The notes below the pieces were generated by a model that was given only the letters and a program-made list of their open reading frames with translations, did no database searches and had not been told where the DNA came from. From IMG/VR virus record IMGVR_UViG_3300037286_000248, positions 1-31,238 of that record: a DNA stretch of 31,238 bases; one strand, 5' to 3'. Source of the DNA: a virus. Its lineage: Duplodnaviria; Caudoviricetes. Shown piece by piece: positions 18,101-26,784 of the stretch. The position numbers and the translations under genes are program-made. Position 1 is the first letter of the stretch; every line of letters starts with the position of its first letter.

Positions 18101-18452
18101 AAACGCCGGGCTCGCCGACAACAAGCCGCGTGGGGTGTGGATGACACAGCAGGGCGGCTCGCTTTACCAGTCGGGCTTTGCGATGAACGGCCAGCAGTAC
18201 GGCTACTCGTCCAGCCTGCCGAGCCTCGGGAGCCTGAAAACGCCTCAGCAACAGCCGCAGCAGCAGGTGGTGTACGTGACGATCCAGGCCGATGGTGAAT
18301 CCACCGAGCGCTTCCTCGAGGGCAAGACCGTCAAGTTTGTCCGCAACAACGAAGGCGCGGTGACGTCTTCGTTCAACTCCGGCATGTCGAAAAGCCTCGG
18401 CCGGACGACGGCAGCCACTGCGATCAACGATCCATTGGCGGTGAAGATCTGA
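15144..18452 (+). CDS. Tail tape measure protein
   Basis: 1102 aa, Ala-rich and helical with a long coiled coil and Gly-rich hydrophobic C-terminal segments; downstream of the chaperones. Confidence 0.92.
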   Translation: MPADNKLELVVEVDVNRANASIKSVNAGLSSMEATAVKAAREASSGIDGLTVSVAKGAAAAGVLASAFERVVGWVKSQIEETSRLAARNETLAVVNAQLARANGYNEGSIERLVNRIKDLGITTQASRDIVNKMIAAQLDLSKATDLARLAQDAAVVAGQDSSAALQGIMSGITTQQIEVLRTYGINIQFERAFTEARRRLGRDLTEIERRNTALNVVLAEGPKIAGAYEASLGTVGKQMGSLSRYVEEAKAAIGAEFLPEMRRMIEGLTDLAKWVNRNSDALGLFAKAIAAAAIGAAVAQFIGWIAGAKRAVDALTLAMTRNPFTAIAIGATVAGTAIYEMNQRTLEANEEFVAMQRAADDLKRINEAINAGKSIEDLKKMGFSLEQVRAAMFGGKQGAKEFFDAFDNDEFRKRMSDLNRVGIDAEEARKRKAEAEALAKDIAKHQIQAERESAQAVTDARRGNLTGFAREMAQVGDQAKKWATFTDDKGVDHQTGLTKRAWQNVIAELSLRWAAFREKFQRDTRAQLAEHVQAEQEAAQRRLAIEASLHQKRLEYNEDIARRNLDHLDRAMGIEEQRSTLARDARLRALETVDAQTIEQKAAVEAQRAQIEIDHIERVHGIRMRMFELETSTMMIEEEAAMARLGYRADEIRARIAELSTQRDEIKRANQEETSAAIDAARQNAASRTAEMVRDQNRQVFDSFKRQAEGVFDALLTKSQSVWSAIGNSLKTALLTAIKDVVTSRVAAMLMQMFTGTSVSLRPATSGGAGMLGGLGGLLGIGAAPVFGGGAGAAGTPPFLPASVSMLNPAAQASAGAMASRGMGSLAGLKEFLGFGGGVQYAPGAATTWQAASMTQKLSALGRSNAALLGGGMLAMDGLRRGGWTGLAETTAGGALIGFKYGGPLGAAIGAAAGAAAGIVRLFMKGSDQKAIDKIRDIYKVTVDKGFARSVVEMAKSSFGGNLEAAVRSAQVRDMVFEYAMATGQNAGLADNKPRGVWMTQQGGSLYQSGFAMNGQQYGYSSSLPSLGSLKTPQQQPQQQVVYVTIQADGESTERFLEGKTVKFVRNNEGAVTSSFNSGMSKSLGRTTAATAINDPLAVKI

Positions 18453-18841
18453 TGCCCGGCAACGTGGCGGCAGCCGTGGCCACTGCGGTGATGCCGAGCA
18501 GCCTCTGCTCGGTGTTTCGCGAAGCTCGGGCGTGGCCGGTGCGTGAGTCCGGCGGCTACTCCGATAGCCGTTATCAGGCCGAAGTCCAGGCGGAGACAAG
18601 CCGGAAGGCTTGGGAGATCGGAAAGCTCCTCCCCTTCGCGCAGTGGCTGTCATTGAGTCAGTTTTTCGACACCTGCAACGGCGCACAGAAGCCGTTCCTC
18701 TGGTATCCAAACGTCGCCGACTACGATCCGACCGGATTCTACACCGAGGGCCGGTATCTGGTCCGTTTCGACGGCGCACTGAGTCGCACCTACCGCCTGG
18801 GCCGCCAAGAGGCCAGCCTCCGCCTCATTGAAATCGATTAG
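18452..18841 (+). CDS. Distal/minor tail protein (gpM / DUF2460-like)
   Basis: TGATG-coupled to the tape measure; FFDTCNGAQKPFLW...YLVRFD pattern. Confidence 0.7.
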   Translation: MPGNVAAAVATAVMPSSLCSVFREARAWPVRESGGYSDSRYQAEVQAETSRKAWEIGKLLPFAQWLSLSQFFDTCNGAQKPFLWYPNVADYDPTGFYTEGRYLVRFDGALSRTYRLGRQEASLRLIEID

Positions 18842-18844
18842 CCG

Positions 18845-21800
18845 ATGCCCGAAATGATCGGTCCAGTTACGATCCCCGAGCCGGGGACGGCCGGAGTGTT
18901 TCCCGTTACGCTCGACTACTCGAGCGTCGAAGTGCGGGAGCCCCGCGTCGCAGTCCACCGCTTCGGCACGCTCGACGCGAAGGTTGAGCAGCGCTTCTTC
19001 GATGGGCCCGGTGCGCACCGGTTCCAGGTGCAACTTGCGCGTCTGACGCCGGCGCGGCGCGCGGCTGTGGCCGATTTCTTCGAGGCGCGGCGAGGCAGTT
19101 TCCAACCGTTCACGCTCCAGATTGCCGAGCCGGATGGGACCATCGCTTCCTACACGGCGCGGTTCGCCGAGCCAACGCTCTCTCTCGATGCGTCGGCGGA
19201 CGGTTCCTGGCGAGGGGCTGTCGACCTCGTCGAGGTCCCCACTTCGACGCCCACCTGCGTCATCACCTCCACCGAGACGCGCTTCCCCGGTTCGTCGCTT
19301 AAAGCCGCGCTGCTGTCTCAGACCCAGGAGATGATTCCGCTCATCCGTATTGCGGTCGCCGAACATACCCTCTATCTCTCCGATCGCCGCGTCACGGTCG
19401 GCGGGAACCTCCATCAGCCGCGCCTGATGAGCTGGGGCGGGATCAGCCAGACGATGGGCGAGGAAGCCGATCAGGCGAGCTTTGTTTTCGGCAACGGCGA
19501 CCGCGTGTGCACTTCGCTGGTCAACCAGGTCGACCTGTACAAGGCCGAGATCGAGTTTTCGGCCTTCCATGTTGGCACGGGCGTGAAGCTCGACATCTGG
19601 AAGGGGTTCATTGGATCCTGGTCGTTCGACGGCGGGCCGGAGTTTCGCATCGAGGCGCATGACGGGCTTTATGCGCTGCGCCTGGGATACCCGGCGCGCA
19701 AGATCGTTCGCCAGGACGAGGACCCGCGCCGCGCATTCGCCATCCCGAACCAGCCCGTCAATGTCGGCGGCAAGAAGGGGATCAGCCGGATTACGAGTGT
19801 TTCGGTTGCCAATGACACCGCCTACGGACGCCCGGTGAAGGACATCTGGGTCAACTCCGCCACCGCACTGCCGGTCGAATGCGACGTCATTGCGGGCCGC
19901 GACGAGAGCGAGTTCTATGCCGCGCTGGGCGTCGTCGGCCGAGGGCCCTTGGGCGGCTACGGCGCGGGCCACACCCTCGACGGTCAGCCGCACCACGGGC
20001 CCGGAAGCCTGGGCCTCAGGCGCGCCTATGGCGGGACCCCTGCGACCGGCGATGAAACCGCCGCCAACCTGCAACCGGATCAGGGAAGTGACTCGTTTGC
20101 CCTCGATGCTGTCGGCGCGCCGCTTCCGGCGAACCCCCTCGACGGCGTGGCGTTTCTGCAGATTCGCCGGACCGACGAAAAGAGCATCCAAGCGGTGCGG
20201 GCCGAAGAGCGCCGGATGACGACCTATGTCACCGCCGGTCTGGGCGGCTGGACCTGGTCCGGCACTGGACCCTACACCCGGGCGTGGCAAGCGAGCCTGA
20301 CAAATCCCATCTGGATCGCCGTCAACACGTACCTGAACGGGCTTGGCCTGCTGTGGGCCGCCGCCGCCGAGCAACAGGCCCGCTTCGATGTGGGCGCGGC
20401 CATCGCGGCGGCGGCGATTTGTGACGCCTACGTCGATCCGGTCATCGGGACGGGCACTGAACGCCAATTCACCTTCCAGGGGATCATTGGCGAAGAAAAG
20501 CCGCTGCGCGACTGGATCCAGGAAATCCTCTCGTCCTGCCTGGGCTATGCGACGCTCGCTTTCGGCAAGCTCAAAGTCGGCATCCGGTCGAACTCCTCCA
20601 CCGTCGAAGCCTTCACCGCTGGCAACATCCTTTTTAACAGCCTCCAGCTTTCGAGCCGCTCACCAAGATTTAATGATCTGACCGTCGCGTTTTCGGACGT
20701 CGATTACGGCTACCAGCAGAACACCGTCAATCTGAAGGACTCCGACCACGCCGCATCCACCGGGACACCGCTCAAAGCCAACGTCAACCTGCTCGGTGTC
20801 ACGAGCAAGAGCCAGGCCGCGCGCATCACCACCGTGAAGCTGAGGGAGGAGTTGGGCGGCCTCACCCAGGCCGAACAGCGTGTCGCGCGCCGGGTGGAGT
20901 TCCGGACGACGATCCTGGCGCTGAATGTCGAGCCGGGGATGGTCTGCTCGATGACGGCCGCGGACATGCCGGGCGGGACGGGCGAGTTTCGGGTGACGAG
21001 TTGGCGGTTGAACCCCGACTGGTCGATCGATGTCGCTGGCGAGACGACCTGCGATTCGATGTATGACCTGACGGTAGGTGACAAGCCGATTGATGTCACG
21101 CCGGATCCGCTGCCTGAGCGGCAAACCTATCCGGTCGATGTCGGCGGCACCGTGGGCCAGAACTTGCTACGCAATATGGGCTTCGAACGTGGCCTCACGA
21201 ACTGGCACGGTTCGATCCCAACGCCGGCAATCACGATCATCCAAACCGATCCAGATACCGGCATGAGCTGCATCCGGATCGCGGCGACGGGCGCGACCGA
21301 GATCCATCAGCCCACGGGCTTTGCCGACGGCGAGAGCGACGTACTGCCGTGCGACGAAGGCGAGGCATTCCTGTTTCGTGGCCGGTACCGCTTCGACGCC
21401 GGATCGACGGTAGACGCAGCACAGGCGAGGATCGCTTTCTATGACGCGACCGGCGGCTACATCGACGCCGGCGCCACAGATCTCGATCCGGCGAAGACCG
21501 ACTGGGATGATTTTCTGCTTTCGGCCACGGCGCCTGCCGGGGCCAAGTACATGGGCATCTTCCCGTGGTTTGGAGAACTTCTCTCCGGCGCCGTCTACCT
21601 CGATACACTCGTCGCCGAACGCAGCGTCTCGCTGAACGAGCCCGCCATCGGGGAGGTCTCCGAAATCAGCGCCACGGCGGCGATCAGCGTCGACGAGGGC
21701 GTTGTCATTGATGTCGCCGCGGCTTGCCCCACGGATGAGAACTTCGCCGGTTGCGAGGTTTTCGCCGAGTTGCCCAAGGCCGCGGACCCGGATCCCGCGC

Positions 21801-24800
21801 ACCCGACGCTGCCTGGGCAGCTCAGCTACAAGGGCTGGTGGTTTGCCGAAAGTGGCGGGACGCTCGCGGGCTCCGTCACTCTGCCGCTGCCGCCCGTCGA
21901 ATACCTCCAGAACCTGCCCGACGGCCAACTGAGGGTCGTCATCTATTTCCTGTCGCGAGCCTACGGCTACGCGAACCGGTTCACGCGACTGACCAGCGTT
22001 GATCCGATGGCGCCCCAGGGCCACACGGCGGCGTTCTCGCTCACCCTCGATTTCACGAACCTCCTGCTTGAGCTGGCTGACCCTCTGGGGGACGTCACCG
22101 TCCTTGAGACGCTTGTTGGGCCGGCGCCAAACGGCGGCGTAACGATCGAGGCGGCCTACAAGCCCCCAAACGTCGGCGGCCTCTCGCCGAACATCGGCTC
22201 GTTCAAGGGCGTCGCCGGCCACACGGCGCTCGACGGGTCGCTGATGAAGTCGCACGGAGACTTCATTTACGAGGGCAACCAGGATCCGACGGCCACCGAC
22301 GCCATCGGCCATGCGGCGCTGGTGATCGAGAAGCCAGAGACGCTGCCGGCAAAAGTCGTCATCCAGTTGCCGTCGTTTGATACCGAAACCCGGCGCATGC
22401 CGCAGCGCATCGGTTGGAGCGAGGGCGATCCGTTCGGCGTTCCTTCGGGCTGGGGCGCGGTGGTCACGGTCACCGAAGAGGCTCTGGCGTTTTCGGCACC
22501 CGTGGTCGCGGGCGTCGTGGTTGAGACGAAGAACGTCCCCGGCGAAGGCTGGAAGTACCGACTGGCGGTCACCCTCGCCGGGACTTTTGCCAACCACCCA
22601 AACTACGAAGCCGCCAAGGTCTTCTACCGTGATCCGGAGGATCCTCTCCCCGCGGCGCCCGAGGGCTGGCTCAACCTGCGCCAGGTGGCCTTCCACATGA
22701 AGGGCGATCCGTCGCTCACCGTTTTTTCGGATTGGCATCCGATCATCGCCGGGACCAACGTCGCCGCGCATTTGCGCGCCGTGGCCTATGAGACCGGCGG
22801 AGACAATCCGCTGTGGTCCGCCGTCTACGGTCCGGTCACGATCACTTTGCCAAAGGATGACGCCCGTGGCGACGCAGGCCACGCGCACAACTTCAGCGTC
22901 ACCCTGGACGGCTATCACTCCGACGGCAACGGCGTCGTCTACGCCAGGCTGAACGTCTCGTTCTCGCCGCTCTCAGGCAGCCGCTATGTCTACGGGATCT
23001 GGGAGTACCGGGGCGAAACACTGCCACCCTCGCCGTCGCTTTGGACCGCGACCGACGCCAACTTCATTGCAAGCCCCGGCACGATGTGGGTCCCGGTGCC
23101 GGAGGATGAACCCGTCACCATTTGGTACGCCCTGGTAGTTTCGGACCGCGATGGCGGCGTCTGGCTCACGCCGGCGGATTATGTTTCGGATCCCTTGGCG
23201 ACCGCGAGCGTCACCATCCAGCCGCGCGGGCCGTCGGACCAGGTCTCGAACTTCTCCGTTACGGTCGGCCGAGACGAGGCGCAGGATGTACCGCAGGGGT
23301 GGTTCATTTTCCAATTCGATGTGCCGGCGGACCCGGATTTCTTCTGCGTCGATTTCTTCCGCCGGCCCGCGGACCAGAACGGTACCCCCATTGGCGACTG
23401 GGGCGTCCATCCCGTGTGCAGCTTGCAGGCGCCAGGACGACAGGACGGCTCGTGGGCGATTCCGGCCGAGGAACATTGGATCTTCAAAGCGGTCGCCGTC
23501 AACGATCTCGGTGAGCGTAACGAGGTGGATCCGCCAACCTGCTTCGTGACCATCACTGCATCGGTGAGCGGCGTCAAAGCCGGGCGTCTGGATCCCGGTG
23601 CGGTCGACAGACCTCTGACTGTAGACTTTTTCGGCCGCGCCACGGTGGGCCTCAATGCCATTCTGTCGGACCACATTGAAACGCTCGCGGTAACCAAGCT
23701 CATCGGCCTGATTCAATCAAGCCAGATCGCGTCGATCCTGGCATCGAAGATCTCGGGCACGATTTCGAGCGACCAGATCGGCTCGATCGCGGCATCGAAG
23801 ATTGCCGGAACGATCCAGTCGAGCCAGATTGAGTCCGTTGCCGCTTCGAAGATCACCGGGACACTGCAGGCGTCGCAAATCTCGAGCGTGGCTGCTACGC
23901 AGATCTCCGGCTCGATCCAGGCTAACCAGATCGCCTCGCTTGCGGCATCGCAGATCACCGGCGTCATCGTCACGAATCAGCTGGCCGACAGCATCCTCAA
24001 CACCGCCCGGCTGCTGGGCGCGAACCTCGCACTGCCGGTCTATGTGGCCTCGCTGCCGACGCTGCCCAATGCCAACTACCCCATTGGGACGCTCGTCCTG
24101 CGGACCTCGGATAAAACCCTATGGGAAAACGTGGCCGGCGCCTGGACCGCGAAGACGGCGTCGGAATCGCTCACCGGCAAGATCGCCGCAGCCGACATCG
24201 TTTCGGTGAACGCGTCCACTTTTGTGGGTCTGATCACTGCCGCTCAGATCCAATCGATCGCTGCCACGCAGATCACGGGATCGATTTCTTCGGATCAAAT
24301 CGCCTCGATTGCGGCGACCAAGATCAGCGGGTCGATATCTAGCAACCAGATTGATTCCATTGCGGCTTCGAAGATCAGCGGCTCGATCACGAGTACGCAA
24401 ATTGAATCCGTCGCGGCTACAAAGATCACTGGTTCGATCTCTTCCGATCAGATCGCCTCGATCGCCGCTTCGAAGATCACCGGTACGATTTCGGCCAACC
24501 AGATAGGCTCGATCAACGCCACTTCGATCACCGGCACGATCATCGCTAATCAGATTGGTGCCGTGAACGCCAACGTGGTGGTCATCAGCCAATCAGTGCC
24601 CTTCTCGAACATATGGACCTCGGGCTCAATGACGGCTGTCGGGTCGATCTACTCCGACACCGGCAACGTGGTCGCCTCCAACGGCACGCTGCGCGGCGCG
24701 GGCCTCCACATTACGGGCGGCGGGATCTACATCGACAGCCCATCGTCGTTCCGCAGCGCGATCGGCGCGGCGGCAAGCCCTGTGGCCTGGGCCGAGGTGA

Positions 24801-24976
24801 CGGGCAAGCCGTCGGTCTTCCCTCCCGACGTGCACAGCCACAGCTACGCCCCGGCAAGCCATACGCACAGCGTCCAGGTCGGCCTGGGAATGAACAAGAC
24901 CTGGATCCAGGATCTGAACTCGAACTGGTACGAAGTCGTCTCCGACGTCTGGGTCTCCAGCGTCACGGTCACCTAA
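18845..24976 (+). CDS. Large fused tail-tip / host-specificity protein (DUF2460-like N-terminus, gpJ-like hub, CBM-like domain, repeat shaft, fibre tip)
   Basis: FFEARRGSFQPF N-terminal motif; TNPIWI and LLGVTSKSQAAR...VEPGMV gpJ-like motifs; NLLRNMGFE CBM-like start; 17-aa repeats; WAEVTGKP and HxH motifs. Confidence 0.88.
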   Translation: MPEMIGPVTIPEPGTAGVFPVTLDYSSVEVREPRVAVHRFGTLDAKVEQRFFDGPGAHRFQVQLARLTPARRAAVADFFEARRGSFQPFTLQIAEPDGTIASYTARFAEPTLSLDASADGSWRGAVDLVEVPTSTPTCVITSTETRFPGSSLKAALLSQTQEMIPLIRIAVAEHTLYLSDRRVTVGGNLHQPRLMSWGGISQTMGEEADQASFVFGNGDRVCTSLVNQVDLYKAEIEFSAFHVGTGVKLDIWKGFIGSWSFDGGPEFRIEAHDGLYALRLGYPARKIVRQDEDPRRAFAIPNQPVNVGGKKGISRITSVSVANDTAYGRPVKDIWVNSATALPVECDVIAGRDESEFYAALGVVGRGPLGGYGAGHTLDGQPHHGPGSLGLRRAYGGTPATGDETAANLQPDQGSDSFALDAVGAPLPANPLDGVAFLQIRRTDEKSIQAVRAEERRMTTYVTAGLGGWTWSGTGPYTRAWQASLTNPIWIAVNTYLNGLGLLWAAAAEQQARFDVGAAIAAAAICDAYVDPVIGTGTERQFTFQGIIGEEKPLRDWIQEILSSCLGYATLAFGKLKVGIRSNSSTVEAFTAGNILFNSLQLSSRSPRFNDLTVAFSDVDYGYQQNTVNLKDSDHAASTGTPLKANVNLLGVTSKSQAARITTVKLREELGGLTQAEQRVARRVEFRTTILALNVEPGMVCSMTAADMPGGTGEFRVTSWRLNPDWSIDVAGETTCDSMYDLTVGDKPIDVTPDPLPERQTYPVDVGGTVGQNLLRNMGFERGLTNWHGSIPTPAITIIQTDPDTGMSCIRIAATGATEIHQPTGFADGESDVLPCDEGEAFLFRGRYRFDAGSTVDAAQARIAFYDATGGYIDAGATDLDPAKTDWDDFLLSATAPAGAKYMGIFPWFGELLSGAVYLDTLVAERSVSLNEPAIGEVSEISATAAISVDEGVVIDVAAACPTDENFAGCEVFAELPKAADPDPAHPTLPGQLSYKGWWFAESGGTLAGSVTLPLPPVEYLQNLPDGQLRVVIYFLSRAYGYANRFTRLTSVDPMAPQGHTAAFSLTLDFTNLLLELADPLGDVTVLETLVGPAPNGGVTIEAAYKPPNVGGLSPNIGSFKGVAGHTALDGSLMKSHGDFIYEGNQDPTATDAIGHAALVIEKPETLPAKVVIQLPSFDTETRRMPQRIGWSEGDPFGVPSGWGAVVTVTEEALAFSAPVVAGVVVETKNVPGEGWKYRLAVTLAGTFANHPNYEAAKVFYRDPEDPLPAAPEGWLNLRQVAFHMKGDPSLTVFSDWHPIIAGTNVAAHLRAVAYETGGDNPLWSAVYGPVTITLPKDDARGDAGHAHNFSVTLDGYHSDGNGVVYARLNVSFSPLSGSRYVYGIWEYRGETLPPSPSLWTATDANFIASPGTMWVPVPEDEPVTIWYALVVSDRDGGVWLTPADYVSDPLATASVTIQPRGPSDQVSNFSVTVGRDEAQDVPQGWFIFQFDVPADPDFFCVDFFRRPADQNGTPIGDWGVHPVCSLQAPGRQDGSWAIPAEEHWIFKAVAVNDLGERNEVDPPTCFVTITASVSGVKAGRLDPGAVDRPLTVDFFGRATVGLNAILSDHIETLAVTKLIGLIQSSQIASILASKISGTISSDQIGSIAASKIAGTIQSSQIESVAASKITGTLQASQISSVAATQISGSIQANQIASLAASQITGVIVTNQLADSILNTARLLGANLALPVYVASLPTLPNANYPIGTLVLRTSDKTLWENVAGAWTAKTASESLTGKIAAADIVSVNASTFVGLITAAQIQSIAATQITGSISSDQIASIAATKISGSISSNQIDSIAASKISGSITSTQIESVAATKITGSISSDQIASIAASKITGTISANQIGSINATSITGTIIANQIGAVNANVVVISQSVPFSNIWTSGSMTAVGSIYSDTGNVVASNGTLRGAGLHITGGGIYIDSPSSFRSAIGAAASPVAWAEVTGKPSVFPPDVHSHSYAPASHTHSVQVGLGMNKTWIQDLNSNWYEVVSDVWVSSVTVT
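23657..24575 (+). repeat. About 15 degenerate 17-aa (51-nt) coding repeats in two blocks
   Basis: Consensus (S/T)ISSDQIASIAASKITG; interrupted at about 24020-24180 by a small non-repeat domain. Confidence 0.9.
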
Positions 24977-25237
24977 ATGGAACTCACGCGAATCACCATC
25001 ACCCTTAACGCCGAAGGCTCCTTCGGCAGTAAGAAACTGACCCTCACCGAATTCACGCCCGACGACCTGGCTCTCATCGGGCAGCTGGTCGGAGACGCGG
25101 GCGCCGGAGCCGAGCAGGCGATCATCGACGCCTTCGACGGCGCGATCACGCAGATGCTCGGCGGCATCGCGGCGAATGCCCAGATGAGGCTTGTGCGCGA
25201 CCGCCGCCGCGTGGCGCAACAGCTGAGAGGAACATAG
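24977..25237 (+). CDS. Hypothetical phage protein, 86 aa
   Basis: Starts immediately after the tail protein stop; phage-like codon usage. Confidence 0.7.
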   Translation: MELTRITITLNAEGSFGSKKLTLTEFTPDDLALIGQLVGDAGAGAEQAIIDAFDGAITQMLGGIAANAQMRLVRDRRRVAQQLRGT

Positions 25238-25238
25238 A

Positions 25239-25586
25239 ATGGCTGTCTCCACCTACATGAAGAACGCCGTGCTCGACGCCTTCTTTGGCGTCGGCGCTGT
25301 GATGATGAGCCTCCACACCGCCGATCCCGGCACGACCGGCGCCAACGAGGTGGCTGGCGGCTCCTACGCCCGCCAGCAGGTTTCCTATGGCAGCGCCTTG
25401 GCGGGCCAGATCAAGAATATCGCCACGGCCACCTTCACGAACCTGCCCGCAGGCACCATCACCCATGCGGGCTTCTGGAAGAACGATCAGTTTTGCCAGG
25501 GCGCGGCATTGACGGCATCGCGCACGGTGCTGGCCGGCGACGGCCTCTACTTCTCGGCCGACAATATCGCCCACCTGGTCAGCTGA
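25239..25586 (+). CDS. Minor tail / fibre-associated protein
   Basis: SLHTADPGTTGANEVAGGSYARQ...TITHAGFW pattern typical of a small phage tail protein family. Confidence 0.75.
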   Translation: MAVSTYMKNAVLDAFFGVGAVMMSLHTADPGTTGANEVAGGSYARQQVSYGSALAGQIKNIATATFTNLPAGTITHAGFWKNDQFCQGAALTASRTVLAGDGLYFSADNIAHLVS

Positions 25587-26104
25587 TGATCCGACCAGCT
25601 TCATTGGTCAATTGGAGCTGGGCACAGGCGAACTGGACTTGGGCCACGGCGACATGGACGTGGAGGGATCCGGATCCGGCGTGGGCGGCATCGGCCATCC
25701 CGGCGCCTGAAAGCGCGGTGACGGGCGCGCGCGCTACCGGATCGGCTGTCTTTGCGGCCGTGCCGGCGCTGGATGCTGCAGCCACGGCGAGCAAGGCATG
25801 GCAGGCGTCCGCGATCGGCGAGGCGAATCTCGCTGCCGCCGCGGATCCGGCTGACCTTCTGCGTGGCTCCTGTGAAGGCGTGATTCCGGTCGCGGCCGCC
25901 GTCGGCACGCCGGGCGCTTCCCTGCTCGGCCAGGTGGATGTACCGATCGACCTGCATGCTCAAGTCCAGGGGCCAGCGGCAGCCTTGGCCTGTTCTGTCG
26001 CCTCCGCCCTGGCTGCGGAAGCATCCGCCGCGGCTGGCCGCCTCAGGACCGTCCATCTGCCGCCCACCCGGCAGAGCCTGACACGGGCGCGGCTCGCGCC
26101 CTGA
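25586..26104 (+). CDS. Hypothetical Ala-rich phage protein with Trp-repeat N-terminus
   Basis: TGATG-coupled start at 25586; NWSWAQANWTWATATWTW. Confidence 0.6.
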   Translation: MIRPASLVNWSWAQANWTWATATWTWRDPDPAWAASAIPAPESAVTGARATGSAVFAAVPALDAAATASKAWQASAIGEANLAAAADPADLLRGSCEGVIPVAAAVGTPGASLLGQVDVPIDLHAQVQGPAAALACSVASALAAEASAAAGRLRTVHLPPTRQSLTRARLAP

Positions 26105-26121
26105 CATCGAGGATTCGCTTT

Positions 26122-26481
26122 ATGACACTCACCTTTGCTCAACTCATCTCCATCCAGGAACCGCTCCAGCGCCTGGCACGCGCTCGCATGGAGGCTCGCG
26201 CGGCCTTCCGGATCGGCTTGCTCGTGAAACTGCTCGCGCCACACATGGCAGCGGCGTCCGAAGCCCGGCTGCGGGCCTACCGCGAGTTTGGCACCGAAGA
26301 CGAGCACGGCAGCGTGCATGTGACGCCGGACCGGATGGCGGATCTCCGGAAAGCCATGGAGCCGCTGCTGGAGATGCCGGTCGAGGTCCATCTCGATCCG
26401 ATCCCTCTGGCCTCGCTCGCCGGCGTCGATGCGCTGTCGGCGGAAGACCTCCTTGCGCTGGGCCCGCTTATCGCCGAATAG
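26122..26481 (+). CDS. Hypothetical helical phage protein, 119 aa
   Basis: GAGGA RBS; fills the operon. Confidence 0.75.
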   Translation: MTLTFAQLISIQEPLQRLARARMEARAAFRIGLLVKLLAPHMAAASEARLRAYREFGTEDEHGSVHVTPDRMADLRKAMEPLLEMPVEVHLDPIPLASLAGVDALSAEDLLALGPLIAE

Positions 26482-26487
26482 CCTCCC

Positions 26488-26784
26488 ATGGCCAACATCA
26501 CCGTCATCTCGCTCGACGACACGGGGTATGACACGGTTGCCGTGCTCAATGCGAACTTCGCCGCGCTGAATGCCGCCCTGGGTCTCGCCAACCGCCACGC
26601 CCAGGACCTGACCAACGCCGTGGGATCAGTCATTGTCACCCACAACCTCGGAACGCGTGACGTCGTGGTCCAGATCTGGAACACGTCCGGCGTGGCCGAG
26701 CAGGCCGAGGTCGCAATCGTCGACGCGAACACCGTCTCGATCACCTTCAACACGCTGTTTTCCGGCAGGGTCGTCGTCCTATGA
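26488..26784 (+). CDS. Small fibre-associated protein
   Basis: LNANFAAL N-terminal anchor-like motif and IVTHNLGTRDVVVQIW...DANTVSITF beta domain. Confidence 0.7.
   Translation: MANITVISLDDTGYDTVAVLNANFAALNAALGLANRHAQDLTNAVGSVIVTHNLGTRDVVVQIWNTSGVAEQAEVAIVDANTVSITFNTLFSGRVVVL

Noticed and set aside
9491-18841. Contractile tail, tailocin or gene-transfer-agent interpretation
   Set aside because: No sheath or baseplate wedge genes recognised; a full lambda-type packaging and head module, a long tape measure and accessory morons fit an ordinary siphovirus-type prophage
18650-22918. 605-aa and 583-aa antisense ORFs over the tail protein
   Set aside because: Shadow ORFs opposite a well-supported gene; no recognisable domains
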